Of a DNA stretch of 49,621 nt, positions 1 to 15,600 are shown one piece after another; position 1 is the first letter of the stretch; each line of letters begins with the position of its first letter. This DNA is from Spirogloea muscicola. Taxonomy: Eukaryota. The notes beneath the pieces are model-generated. The model saw only the letters and a list, made by a program, of their open reading frames with translations. It had not been told where the DNA came from and made no database searches. A program made the translations under genes and the position numbers. The DNA is taken from the NCBI GenBank assembly GCA_009602725.1, contig WELB01000020.1, positions 665,182 to 714,802 of the forward strand, in the 5' to 3' direction.

Positions 1-269
1 GCTGCCCGTGAAGACAGGAGGCGCTTGGTAGGGGAGGACGAGCTCGGCTCCCGCCGGGGTAGAGGAGGCCGGGGCGCCCGAGGCCGCCGCCGCGGGGCTT
101 GAAGCGTCGGGAGGAGCAGCTGTCGCTGGCGCAGGCACGGGGAACTGCTGCCCAGCCGAGGGTGACCGGGGGAACTCGGCAGCGGCGAGGCAACCAGAGG
201 GGCGGGGGCAGGGTCTGGCGCGGCCTTGAGCGTGGCGCCCGAAGAAGCCCCGGGGCCTGGCGCGGCCAT
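1..269 (-). CDS. Possible 5' end of a gene running off the window (Pro/Ser/Arg-rich N-terminus, product unknown)
   Basis: ATG at 269 in GC-rich context, preceded by a (GCC)n tract like the other gene starts here. The frame MAAPGPGASSGATLKAAPDPAP... is open to position 1. No recognisable domain. Confidence 0.3.
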   Translation of the reverse strand, partial: MAAPGPGASSGATLKAAPDPAPAPLVASPLPSSPGHPRLGSSSPCLRQRQLLLPTLQAPRRRPRAPRPPLPRREPSSSSPTKRLLSSRA

Positions 270-499
270 GAGCTCGTCGGCGCCAGCTCGCCAGCCGGCG
301 GCAGCGGGGGGCGAAAGGACCGCCGCCGCCGCCGCGGCGGCGGCGGCGGCGGCGCGGGGGGCAAGCGCGGGCGCGCCAACGGTCGGGTTGGGGGTGGGCC
401 AAGAGGGGAAAGATGAAGAATGTAGTAGGGCTGCCAGGGACTGCTGAAGGGAGTCATCATATTCCTTGTAGAGCTCCGCCACCATGCCCAATGGGGCAA

Positions 500-1620
500 C
501 AGTCCGTTGCAGATAGCAAGCCCGACATCGTTCTCATCGACGCATTCCAACCAGGGGCACCCACACTGACTGTGCCAGGTTGGGCGACACATCATGCGTT
601 GAGAAAGAAGGAGAGGCACAATAGTGACCACCCCTGGGGCGACCACTTCTTCCCATGCGCCATGGACATATGCGGCGGCTACAGAACGAAGTGGTCTTCC
701 CGCCTGGCACTGCATGTCAATGCCCGCCGACGTAGTCGGGCGGGTAGCTTAGGGCATCCTAGCGTCCCGCAAGCCATCGTTGCATGCTATAGAATGCGGC
801 TATCATTGAGTCTACAGCGCTTCCAGGCACTCGCAATAAGCCAGCGTGCTGGTCGTGCATTAGCCCAGGCTAATGGCTTCCGTGGTGGTGGTTTGGCGCC
901 TCAGCATAGCTTGTTATATATGCATGTGCTCACTCGGGGATATTTAGTGTCCCCCTTAGCCAGCTCATTACCCAGTTAAAAGGATATTTGTAAGGCTAGA
1001 ATTGGCCTCCCATTCAGTTTCATGCGCAACGCGCGCCTTCTCTCTTGCATAGCTGTGAGGTGTTGGCGCCTTTCGGCACTATGGACTTTGTCCATTCTTT
1101 CCGTCACTGTATTAGCTCAAATAGGCCGCGCTTATATTGCATGCGCACTGCGCGCCTTCTCTCTCTTTCTAAGCTGGCCATTAACAGCCCCCGGCCCCGT
1201 TGGAAGAGCTCACTTCTTATACTCTACAGTGGAATGGCGCTCCCGGCGGCGCTGCCGTTCTCCCCTTAGCTCGCCCAAAGAAAGAAAGTGGCTCTCCCAA
1301 AAGAAAGCGGCTGCTGATATCTTTCCCAAAGGCGGCGAGGCTGTGACAAAGCCAGCCCGAGAGAGATAGGGAGAGTCTTTTCCAGTAAAGGGCGATGGCT
1401 GTGAATGGCCAGCCCAGGAAACAACAAAAGGTCGAATGGGCCAGAGAAGCGCTAAAGAGAAAGCACACGGCGAATGATCCACTGGGTGCTCAATGTTGCC
1501 CGTTGAGCAGCCGCAGATCAGAGAAGCTGGTCTTTGGGCACTTCATTCCCTTCTGTAGCCAGAGGCCGCAGCCAAAGCTCAACCAGCACGCAGATGCAAC
1601 GCGTGTGCCATTGACGACTG
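500..1620. mobile_element. Cluster of CRE-like non-LTR retrotransposon fragments: degenerate + strand RLE C-terminus (~500-945) with 3' UTR, then - strand 3'-end fragments (1283-1620)
   Basis: Translation contains KPDIVLID...DHFFPCAMDICGGY...YRMRLSLSLQRFQALAISQRAGRALA...LTRGY. The - strand at 1500-1612 reads SMAHALHLRAG*ALAAASG. GGCTGG..CAGCCC hairpin motifs lie at 1173, ~1337-1358 and ~1397-1415. Confidence 0.8.
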
Positions 1621-2799
1621 AGCAACACGGACATGCGCATGCAAGTAAGGCGCTTAGAGCCACGGTCCATATGAGAGCTCCTTAGCTCCTGTAGTGAGTA
1701 AATGGGTTGATGGCCGCAAAGGGCTGCATCTCTGCATGGCCAGTGCAGGCCCGATCAAATTCTTGGGCTAGAGTGCGTGCTTCTCATATGGGTAGTTTAA
1801 GTAAAGCCCCTATTGAGTTTGAACTTTTGAGCTTCATTCAAGCTTTCATCGACTCAAGGGCACAGCCTCGTCGTAGACCTCTGTACTAAATCGGAATACT
1901 TCCTTTTGGGCATTTCTCACACTGGCGGACGCAAATAAGCAGTGAAAATGCAAGTGAAGATGCAGAGCAGTGAAGATGCTGCTGTTTATGCTGTTGGTCT
2001 CCAGTCATCCTCAATCAGCAGGCATATGCATGTTATGCATGTTCGTTATTGGATTTGCTGACAATCGAGATGCATACATGACTTGTCAATAGATTACAAC
2101 ATAGCTAAGTTCAACTCATGATTCATCATGAATCATGAATACTGGAATGAGGCAGTGCCTCGTGCATGAATGGAAGCATTCAATGGCATAAGCTTCAGAG
2201 ACTGAATGAGCTGCCGTCATCTTATCGTTGCAGGCTGAATCAATGAGATCCTTATTCCTTGCCAATCTGCTCACGTACCAATGCTTTGAACTTGACTCCG
2301 CGTTCTCTTTCAACCTATCAAGGACATTTCGTGCCCTAGAGCCTGGTACTTTGATGAGTTAGGCCTGGTACAGTTGCTACTCTCTACGAACTCCGACATT
2401 AGTTGACCACTCAATTATTTAATGACTTCTTGCTAGCTATCCACCTCCCCTCTGCCACGGAAGGTCATTAGCTCACATGTTGCTGTATACCCATGCAAGT
2501 CCATACTACAATGCTGGCTGCAAGGTGTTCACCAAATGAAGACCAAATAGTATGACAGAAAAGGGGGAGAGTCAGGGCGACGGTTTGGTCTAAGGGCCAC
2601 TGGCCAAAGTGGTCAATGGTGATGTTCAAAGCAGTGACTCAGGCCGAGCCCCGAAGAGTGTCACTTGAGCTCCCAAAAGCCAGTGATTGCTAAAGGTACG
2701 AAGGTTGCACAGTGCAGCCCATGAAGGTTGAGCAACCCTTGAGGATGATACGCATGCAACTTGTAGCTTGCACTTACACCCTGTTGATCCTGGATCTCC

Positions 2800-5700
2800 T
2801 TAGGACTGCACCTTGGAGCTGTCAAAAGCAAATAGGCGTCGAGCATTCTCATAAGCTGCCTCGGCGACTTCGTCTTGTGGCTTTCCCATCAAAGTTGCCA
2901 CTCTTTTCAAGACCTTCACCATGAAAGTATAAAGTTGTCCATATCAGGAAGGTGATACCACACCATGGCAGCAAATCTCTGGTCCTGATCCTGGTGAACC
3001 TACTCTACGAGTCTTGTCTTGGATTTATCATGGATCCTCCAACATTTGATGCACAAACTATGTTCTCCTTTTGATACTAGATACTAGTTGCAAATTTATG
3101 TATGCAAATTTGCATTTTTGTCAGGACATACCACTGCCAGATTGGCTGGAGTATTATATTTAGCTTCAGCTGCATCTGCATCAGACGCTGACAGGTGTCT
3201 CCCATTGTTGATTCTGCACAATCACAAAGGCTGCTGAAAACTGATACACTGGCACCTGCAAACAGGTGTCAGTGTATCAATATGTCTTCTATGTCTTCTA
3301 TGCACCGTATGTTAGGTTCTTCTTACCCATGCTCCGGTTTTCTGGCCTCAGCTTCTGATTCCTCTGGTGCTGGTAAAGCATCTGGTGCATCTGTTTCTAG
3401 CAGGAGTCTTGTCAATGGTACCTTCAACAAGGTTACTGCAATCCTTCGTCAGTTCCTCTTACTGTTCTTTTTCTCTGTTGCAAGTAAATACAAGTGGATC
3501 TAGTCAAGCAGGACGTCCTATGCAAACTAAGAGCTATACACAGGCTGGTATAAAGCATGATTGATAAGTGATAAAGATACTTATTAAATAAGTTTTTGGG
3601 ACGTAAAGCTTTACTGAAAGGCAGTGGAAAACAGACTCAGCCAAAGATCTGACACAAGCAAGAATATGAACCGAAAGTGTAACTCATGTGCCACATGGGC
3701 CTTCGACTCAGAGACACATACTCCCAGATTCACTTACTCTGTGCAGTATCTGAGATGCCTTCTTTGCTTTCATATGGGTAATGAAACCAGAAATTGAGAA
3801 GTATGCCCCTTGCTTGCATAACGAATCAACCATTGCTGCTGAACCCATGTATGAGTGTAGAATCAAGCCGGCCGGGAAGTCCCCCAAGGTCCTGGATAGG
3901 AGAGAGAGCTGCATATGGAGTGTGTCAGTTGCTTTGCAGTGTACTGCACTCAACACTCCAGAGTGTCCATCACAAGCTGTAGGGCTGCCCTGTGTGACTA
4001 GAGAAACTGTTCTATGAGATGTAGGCTACCATAGGTTTAGGCAGCAGGCAGCCTTATATAACGTCCATAAGCACCATATAAAATACACGACCAGGTACAA
4101 ACTGCCTTCAGAAGTAGAGTACATTCACACCCTGAGGGTCCAACCTAAGCGTATTCTCCAGGTCGCCATAAGCCCGAACACAGTGGACAGCGACAGGCCT
4201 CTTTAACTCCTGTGCTAGTTGTAGCTGTTGGCGCATCACGTCAATCTGCATCTAAGCAACTTAAAGGCATTCAATACAAGGCAACCACATGTACAAGCAT
4301 AGTGGCAGTGACAGCTGAAACATCAAAGGGTCCAGCAAGAAAGAAGGCCACTAGTGGAAACTGCAAGTCGTCTGTACTGCTTTGACATCAAATCAGGTCT
4401 CCGTTGACTGTTCAAGACTACTCGGAGGATGGCAATCACACTTGCTCAGTCAGCAAGTAATCTGACCTGGACGGTGAGGTCTGCTTTCTGCCCTCGAGGG
4501 CCTTTGTCAATGCCAACCTGCATCCAAGCATGGCTCCTTCAGGTGCAAAAAGGGGCACACTGCAGCCGTCAACTTAGACATCACCTTCGAAAAAAGATTC
4601 ACGTTGTAGCGGTTTGTGCACTAATCTCTGCAGTTCTCATCAGCCTGCCTCTTTCTTTCAGTAACAAGAGTCAGTGTTTGCCACTGTGCAGTTACCTCAC
4701 CTACAGCAGCCCCTGGCACTTCCAGAAGCAAGTTCTTGAGCTTCGTCAACCACGATGATGAACGATCTTCGACAAACCTGCAGAGCACCAACCAGTGCTA
4801 TCTCCAGTCACTATCAGCCCCTTGAAAGTCAACAAAGCGCAGCAGCATATTTATTGTAGCAGGGGCCTCGTTTAAGCTCAGTACAATATGGCTGACAACG
4901 AGCAAAAGAATGGCGGAACGAGGAGGTGTAAGCAGCAGTAAGCGACTTTGGTGAAAGGCAAGGGGCAGGACCCCCCAACCCTCCCCCTCACGAGAGGTGG
5001 TGTAGCCGGCGGTTTAGCGGGTGTAGCATGCTTGACACTTCATGCTTATCCCACCAATGCTAAGCACCCATCACCAGGGGGCCACAGAAAAGGCGGATGG
5101 CAGAGTGCGGTGGCGGTATATACATTGGTGGCTACTAATGTAGCTAAAGTTGGGCGCATCCTAGCAGTTGAAGTCGCTACTGTGAAGCACACAATGTCAA
5201 CCTGACAATCATAAGGGCGTGCCCGGCTGGAACACTTAAGAGCACTGTATTGTTGCTTGACTTCTGGTTTCTAAACAAGTTCAGCCATCAAGACGGGTGC
5301 TACTCCTGCTAAGGCAAGGTGGGAGTGGAGGATAAGCACCAAGGATGCAGGCCAAAGGACGGAATAACAGCTTGGTGTCTCTCGCCAAGCTCCCTCACGT
5401 GATCCCAGTCGCTCTGCACGATCGACAACCTTGGTTGCATAAATTTACCACTCCACTGGCTTCGACGTCTACTACAATGCCCTGCTCTAGTGACCAGACC
5501 CTGTCCACTGAGTCTTACTGCAGCTTTGAAGAAGGTCTCGAAAATGGACTTGGACTAAGTGGCCAATGAGCTACAGCACGAACTCCTGGGGTGCAATTAG
5601 GCAACAGGCTGTCAGAAGATATCCAAATGTAATGCTTTACATGGTACTCGTGGCTTCTGTGACATATTATGCAACGGCCGAACCCTCACTGGCCACAGTC

Positions 5701-5934
5701 TCGACATGCAAGAGCACAGCCAAAGCCAATAAGGAGGGCTGTCCAAAGGCTCCAGCGCACCTCGGAGGTGCCGTTGGCGACGAGCCACCTCACTCCCGCC
5801 GCGCCGGCATCGGCGAGCAGCCGCTCCAGTTGGCCGCCGAGCCGGGGATCCTGGAGGTGGCAGTGGGCGTCGAAGAGGCGCATCTTTGCGAGCTCTGCCA
5901 CCGGGCCGCCCTCGAGCTGCTGCTGGGACTCCAT
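2800..5934 (-). CDS. tatD: TatD-family metal-dependent DNase, about 9 exons
   Basis: Spliced exons give FDAHCHLQDPRL, IPSFGLHPW, AVGE-VGIDKG, RPVAVHCVRAYGDL, ILHSYMGS, GAYFSISG, RLLLETDAPD, NTPANL and AAYENARRLF. Introns are GT-AG; stop TAA at 2802-2800. Confidence 0.92.
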
Positions 5935-6304
5935 TCACGCGATGTCAGCCGCCACCATGCCGCTACGCCACCGACGCCGCCGCCGCCGCCGTCGCCGCCG
6001 TGCTACGCTGCCGCCGCTGCTGCCGCCGCAGCCGCCGGTGGCGCAGTCGCCGGAGGGGCCATTGGCGACGTGGGCTGGCCTTTCACAGCCCTCGTCCCCT
6101 TTGGATGAGCTTACATTTACAACAAACGGCCCTCCCACAGCCCAAACGGGCGACCCCTGCGGCGCCGCCCAAGTTGCCCAGTCGCACAGCAAATCCGCCA
6201 ATGGCACGGATTCTTGGGATGCATTCCCCGCGTCCCCGCGCCTCAATGGGGAATGCATACATACGATCGGACGGTCTTAGGAGCCTCCGGCGGTGGCGTG
6301 GGAC

Positions 6305-6314
6305 GCCACGTGGC
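6305..6314. promoter_or_regulatory. Perfect G-box palindrome GCCACGTGGC in the divergent TatD/FNR intergenic region
   Basis: Exact 10-bp palindrome about 335 bp upstream of the FNR ATG. G-boxes are established bZIP/bHLH light-responsive elements; function here is inferred. Confidence 0.45.
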
Positions 6315-6648
6315 GCTACCGACGGCCCACCGTCCCTTTTAACCCATCACGAGCGGATAGAAAGGTCGGAAGGGGCCTGGATTTCCGGCTTGCCGCACTC
6401 GAGTCTGTTGACTAATGCCATGCACGCCTGGGCCAGATCATACGTCCTTTACTCGCCCAGTCGAAGTGCACCGATCAATATCCGCCCCTCGAAGCAAGGC
6501 GGGGGGCTGCTCCTCGAACCCCCGCCCCAAGAGTCGCACTCAGGCAGTTACCATTCCTGCCCTCCCAGCCAGCGCCGCCGCCAGTGCCGTCGCCGCCTCC
6601 GCAGCCGCCTCCGCCGCCGAGGAATCGGCTTCTGCAGCACCTGCGGCC

Positions 6649-9814
<3,166 letters not shown>

Positions 9815-10649
9815 ATTAGGCATGCACAATGTACGTTGCTGAAAGAGGGTCGTATATTTGGAGGGACGACCTGCTTCACCCTCCATATTTAGGACTTTAA
9901 CTTGCTCGTTCCATTGCTCGTGCCACTTGAAACAGCTTTAGGACAAGGTATAAGCCATGCATATGGTCTAGTTGCGGAGCTCTGCATGTATTGCATGCTC
10001 TCCGCGCCTCGTTCACTCATTTATCGATTCCACCCTCCTCCATATTGACAAGGAAACCGAATGTTACTTGGCGAACTCAGAACTCAGAGTTATGGTTCTG
10101 TTAAAGGATGGAAGAGTGTCCTTTAATTGCAAGCAGCAACATGCACACATGCTGGTAGACTGCATGCATTCAAAGAAGGGCTTTCCCACAGTGGATTGTG
10201 ATATGACTGGCAGATTAGCTCGGCATTGATTGTCCACTGTGGACACTGTTGTGTTGAGTACTCATTGCGGAAACTTGCAAGCTCAGAGCAGGAAATTCCC
10301 ATCGGCAGAGGGTGCAGTTGCACAGCAGGCCTGCTCTGCTGGATAAGTTGCCAAGCCAAGCATGCAATCACGGTCGCTGATGACAAGGATAGTGAGCAGA
10401 CGCACTCTGGACGTGAAAGATGCAGTTGTCAATCAGGTACCAGGGCAAAGCTGCGAGGAGTTGTGATGCCAGTAAGCAATTACGGTGGTGGGCTTCGGTG
10501 TTCCCAATTTGACTGCTGGAGCTGCTCAGCCAGAGAAGGCTCTCAATCTATAAGAGGAGCAGTTGCTGTGAAAGGGCAACCCAATTGAATGGACGAGTTC
10601 CAGGTGAAAGCCCCAATGTGACAGGACAACTCAATGGGCCAAACGAGAA

Positions 10650-11050
10650 AAGACGCTCTTGAAAGGGGGCAGTGATTGTAAGGTCAGCACAAAAGGAATG
10701 GGCGAGCAGCTCGCCTTTGCACGTGTTGTGCCCCGGCAACAGTAGGCGCCCAGGCCTCTGCCTGCGTCAACTCAGGGCAGTGCTGCAGCTCAAAGCCACT
10801 GCAACTCACTAAGTTCCTGCAGCGGGCCATGGGCCATGCATCAGCTCGCTGGCCACGCTCTAGCTGCCGCCTCCGACACGGGGTGACTCTGCTCCCATAC
10901 GCTGTAGTCTCTTGCATAGCTGTGGTTCTGGCGCCTCTCGGCCGTTGCCAGCCCTCTTCTCTATGGGCGCGAACTTCTCTTTTGTACCTTGTTACTCTAG
11001 CTGAGCTGGCCATGCACAGCCCCGGCCCCCGTTGGAAGAGCTTACTTCTG
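10650..11050. mobile_element. Degenerate CRE-like fragments (RLE C-terminal remnant and 3'-end motifs)
   Basis: LQRAMGHA..ALAAAS remnant at ~10815-10873. Segments of 10908-11048 match 1041-1217 (tctcttgcatagctgtg; gctggcca..cagccccggccccgttggaagagc). Confidence 0.6.
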
Positions 11051-11254
11051 GCTATCACTGGGGTACCGTTTCCCGCTTTCCGGCCGGCCGGAATCTGTCC
11101 CTGTGCGACGACCCGCGTGCGACGACCCGCACGCCTGACGCGGATTTGCGCGCCAAACGAAAGGGGATAAGGCGGTTCGCGCCAAAACCATCCCTCCGCC
11201 GCTCCCCACCTCCCTCCTCGCCTGCCTCCTCGAGCCCACCCACCCTCCTCCTCT

Positions 11255-12150
11255 ATGCGCCGCCGTCTTGGCTTGCCATCCCTGTGCTTGGCAGGGGTGA
11301 CCCAATGTGAATGTGGGCTTATTGAGCATGATGCATTGCTCATGGGTGACCACATGCTCAGGTGTGCCAAAGGCAGTGAGCGCACGGGCTCCCACAACCT
11401 CCTACGTGACGCCATGTATGGCATCGTCAAGGAGGCGGGATATCAAGTGGCGTTGGAGAGCACTGGGGTGATGCCCATCCTCCTCCGCAATGGGGTCCCT
11501 CGGACGAGGCGTGTCGATCTGGTCGGCGTCCCCCTGGGAGGTGGCAAGCGGCTCCTCATGGACGTTGTCCTCACCGACAGCTTCCGGACGAAGGGCCCCA
11601 TTACTTCTGAGACCGGCTACGCTGTGAAGGTAGCCGAACGGAAGAAGCTGCACAAGTACAAGGACCACCCGGCGGGTGATACCTTTTACCCCCTGGCCAT
11701 GGACATCCATGGGTGTTACGGGGGTCGGTGGTCCTCGTTACTTTCGCTGCTGGCCTCTCAAGCTGACCAGCGGCGCCGGGAGCAGGGTGCTGCCCTTCCC
11801 GGTGGCTCGGTGCCTTTGGGTCTGGTGTCCTGCTACCGTATGCGACTGTCTATGTCCCTGCAGCGCTCCCAAGCGCTTGCTTTGCACCGCCGCGCTGGTC
11901 GCGCCCTTGCAGCAGCCTCTGGCTTGCGCAGCGGGGTTGCTCTTCCTCCCCTCAGCTCATCTGACTTCTTACTGCTGACACGGGGGTATTGAGGGCGCCC
12001 TGTCTGCCTAGCCTTTGGCTCCGTCATGAACACCTGTATGCATCTGGCTGGCATTTCACAGCCGATTCTTTCATATCAGCAGCCGCTTTCCTTTTCCTCG
12101 TCGGCCTGTCCAGCCCCTATCCTCCATGGGCGAACCCTTTCTTCTTCTGT
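11255..12150 (+). mobile_element. 5'-truncated CRE-like non-LTR retrotransposon with intact ORF 11255-11992 (zinc knuckle + restriction-like endonuclease) and 3' UTR
   Basis: CECG-x10-HMLRC zinc knuckle, RTGSHNLLRD, RRVDLV...LLMDVVLTD...AERKKLHKY (PD-(D/E)xK-like), FYPLAMDIHGCYG, ending LLTRGY*. This layout matches the C-terminus of RLE-clade (CRE/R2-type) LINEs. Confidence 0.85.
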
Positions 12151-12678
12151 CGGCCTTGTAGACGGCACTGTTCTCCTGGAAGCGCTTCCTCCTCCCTCGG
12201 TGGCCTCGCAGCCGACCTGTGTCAATTCTTGACGAGCTGCCTGTTCACATACCTTCGAAAGAGCCACTCTCAGCCGCCTGCTCTTGGCGGCTGTGGCTTC
12301 GCCTCCACCGCCGCCTCTCCTTGGCGAGAGCGCCGCCCTCCTCCACTGTTGCGCCTCCAGGAGGCGGGTGACAGGGCCCTCGGCTCTGGCAGGCTCATTG
12401 CCGATGCTGCCCACGCCCGCGCTGAGAGCTCCTCCGCCGGGGCGAGCAAAGGGAAGGGTAACGAGTGCTTGTTGATCAAGTGGCACCAGATGGGGCTTGT
12501 GGGCCATCGCTCGGTAGCGGCGCCCCGCTCTGGCTCTTGGCGTTTGCGGCGATGGCCAGCGGGCCGCTCCTCAGGCTCCGCTCGTACTTGGTCAACGGCT
12601 TTGAGCATGAGCAAGAGCGGCTGAGCTCACCTGACCAGGACTCTGCCGCATTCCGCTTGCCGCCATTGCCGCGACAAC

Positions 12679-15600
12679 ATGGAGCTGCGATGCGGCACGG
12701 CGGCCCTGCACCTGCTGCCTGCCCGATGCACGGCCGCTGTGGGTCTCGCAATGGGCCCCCGGGTCCCGGTGAGACACATGCACGGCCGCTGGTGGCACTG
12801 GCGTTGGCTAGCACCGCAGAAGCGCGTCGCCCGTGGCGCCGGCGCTTGCCGGGGCGCGGTGGACAGCAGTGGAGGCGGCCTCGCTCTGCCGGCGGCAGCG
12901 GCTCTGCCCTTCCGCTGGGGCAAGGAGCCAGTCGTGGAGCTGCCATTTGACTACTATCAGGTCTGACGCCACCGCCACTAATCCCCTTCTGCGTCAAGGC
13001 CCTGCCTTTGGCCAACTCAGGCCAACTCACCATGCCGTCCCCCATCACCAGCAAGTTCTGAGGCACGATAGATGCTGCCTGCAGCAGTCATTTACCTCCG
13101 TGTCCTTATGGTCGTCAGCCGATGGTGCTGGTGCAGGTGCTGGGCGCGCAGACGCACTTCCTCGCCGACTCGATCCAGCGTGCGCATGAGGCGCGCGTGG
13201 CGGCGGTGCTGCCGGCAGAGGGGTTCAGCACGGATGCACTGGCAGCAAGGCGCGAGCTTCTGGCGGCGGCGCGTGACACGCTGGCTGATCCGCGGCGCCG
13301 CGGCGAGTACAACGACGTGCTGCTGCGCGCCCTGGATGCGGCAGGGCCTGCTGGTGCGGCAGGCGGCGTGGCGAGAGCCATACGATGGAGCCAGGTGCCG
13401 GGCGCGCTGTGCCTACTTCTGGAGGCTGGCGACGGTGTTGCGGTGCTGGCCGTCGGCAGCGCACTGCTGCGGGGCCGAGGGCCGGCAGCGCTGCGCGGCA
13501 CGGCGCGGCGCGACGTGGCGCTGTCGGTCGCGCTCGCGCACTCTGCGGAAGCGCGTGCCCGGCTGGCCAGCAACCCGCCCGACGCCGTTGCGGCGTCCGA
13601 GGCTCTCGAGACTGCGCTCCGGATCCTCCAGGTACTGTGCTTGGCGCTGTCGTCACTGACGGGCTCTAACCGCATGCGGAGGTCGCCGTGCGGAGTCCTT
13701 GCTCGGGCGATGCTTGCTGGCCACCTTTGACTGTGTGGCAGAGGCCGGCGGGCGCAATCGCAGGACGAGGGCGGCCGGGCGCTAGCTCCGGCGCTGCAGG
13801 AGGAGCTGGAGGCGGCCTTGGAGCGGCTGGCGCCACGCTGCGTGCTCGACCTCTTGGCGCTGCCGCTCGGTGCACCGCATGAGGTCGCCCGCCGCGAGAA
13901 CTTGCAGGTCTGACGATGCCACCGCCCCTCTGCGGCTTACGCGCTTGACCTGCCGCATGCTAGCAGTTAGCAAGGCTGCTAAATGTCGGCTCCATCTGAG
14001 TCGTGCGCGCGCTGCAGGGCGTCCGAGCGATGCTGTGGGCGCCTGGCGGCGCAGCGCTGGGCCCGGGGTCGCCGAGCGGGCTCCCGCGCGAGCAGTTCAT
14101 GCGCGAGGCCTTCATGGTCATGACTGCGGAGGAGCAGGTGCGGCAAGCTGAGCTCCAGCTCCAGTATTGCCTGGCATGAAGCGGACCACAGTAATGCAAT
14201 GCGCTGTTAAGTTGGCCAGCTATTGTTGCAGCTTGACCACTATTCTAGCTTCACAATTACTCTTGATTACTCAATAATAAGATAATTGGCGGCCCAGGTG
14301 GCGCTTCTGAGGGCGACACCGAGCAGCGTGCCTGCTGAGCCCCTGGAGGTGTACAATGGTGGGCTGGCGCTGGCGGCACGGGGCTTTGCGACGCGCCGGC
14401 CGGCGCTCGTGCGAGAGGCCGACGACCTGCTCGCGCAGCTGCCGCCGTCGGCGCCGCCGTTGCCGCCGGCACCGCTTGCACCGCGAGGCGTGCAGAGGGG
14501 GGGGGACCCCCCGCCAGAGGTTGCGCTGGAGCGTGCAATGTGTGCGCTGCTGCTCGGCCGCATTGGCGCTGCCAGGGCTTGGCTGGGCCTTTCTGGGCCG
14601 CCGCCATGGTCAGCGGCCGACCTCGGCATCACGCGCTTTGTGCTGGCGCACTCGCCGGCAGCGGCGGCCGCCGCCGCTGCCGGTAGCAGCGCCGTAAATG
14701 GCAGTGAGGATGTGGGCGACGACAACGATGCGCTTCTCCCTGGGCTCTGCCGCCTGCTCGAGCGCTGGCTTGGCGAGGTGCTGCTGCCGCGGTTCCGCGA
14801 TACTGCCAATGCGCCGTCGGCGCTAGCAGGCTATTTTGACAATGCCAGCGTGCGCGCGTACCTGGAGGGCCTCGACCGTGGCTCACTGCTCGATGCGCTG
14901 GCGCACGCTGGCGCCGCAACCCTCGGCACTGTTCACCGCGCCCTCTCGCTCGGGCGCACTGCGTGGCGGCATGGGCGCACTGCCGCTAACGAGGACCTTG
15001 CTGATAGCACGGCCTACCGGCTTCGCAGCGGGGTGCTGGCTGCGGAGAGGGCGGCAGATGAGGTGCTGTCTGCTGGCACTCGCAGCGTGCGGCGGACTGC
15101 GGCCAGCAACGGTGGCAGCGGCGCAGCGCTCCTTGAGGACAAAGAAGCTTTCCCAGCGCCGGTGACGGCGGCAGCGGCGCTGCAGCCGCCCCTGCCATCG
15201 TCTCTGAGCCCATCTGGTGACAGGCGAGCAGCGGCAAGTGGCGACGCAGGCAGCTCCAGCAACGGCACGGTGACTGCCGCCGCGCCTGAACTTGCTGGCA
15301 GGCAGCTCGCCGCTCCTCCAAGACCCGCAGCTCTTCCGCAGCTGCCACCAGGGCTGCCGCTGGGGAAGCGCCAGGCCAAGGGCGCCATGGACGTGCTTCA
15401 GGAGCGGCTGGCCGGTAACGAAGGGGTTGCTGCAGTCGCCGCCGCGCTCGTCGCGCTGCTGGCACTGGCCATGCACTACCGGCACCAGGCCACTGCTGGT
15501 GGCCCCATGGCAATGCGCCAGCATCACAAAATCTCCACCACGACCACAACGACTGTTGGTGCACTGCCGCACCCTGCTCTTACTTCTCTTATGCTGCGCT

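Noticed and set aside
4945..5165. tRNA-like or SINE element in the long TatD intron (ggtggtgtagccggcggtttagc)
   Set aside because: No B-box (GTTCRA) or cloverleaf was found, and there is no second copy in the window.
11255..11992. Fanzor/TnpB-type RNA-guided nuclease
   Set aside because: No RuvC motifs. The zinc knuckle followed by RxD..D..K and the upstream GGLG/linker in paralogs fit an RLE-type LINE C-terminus.
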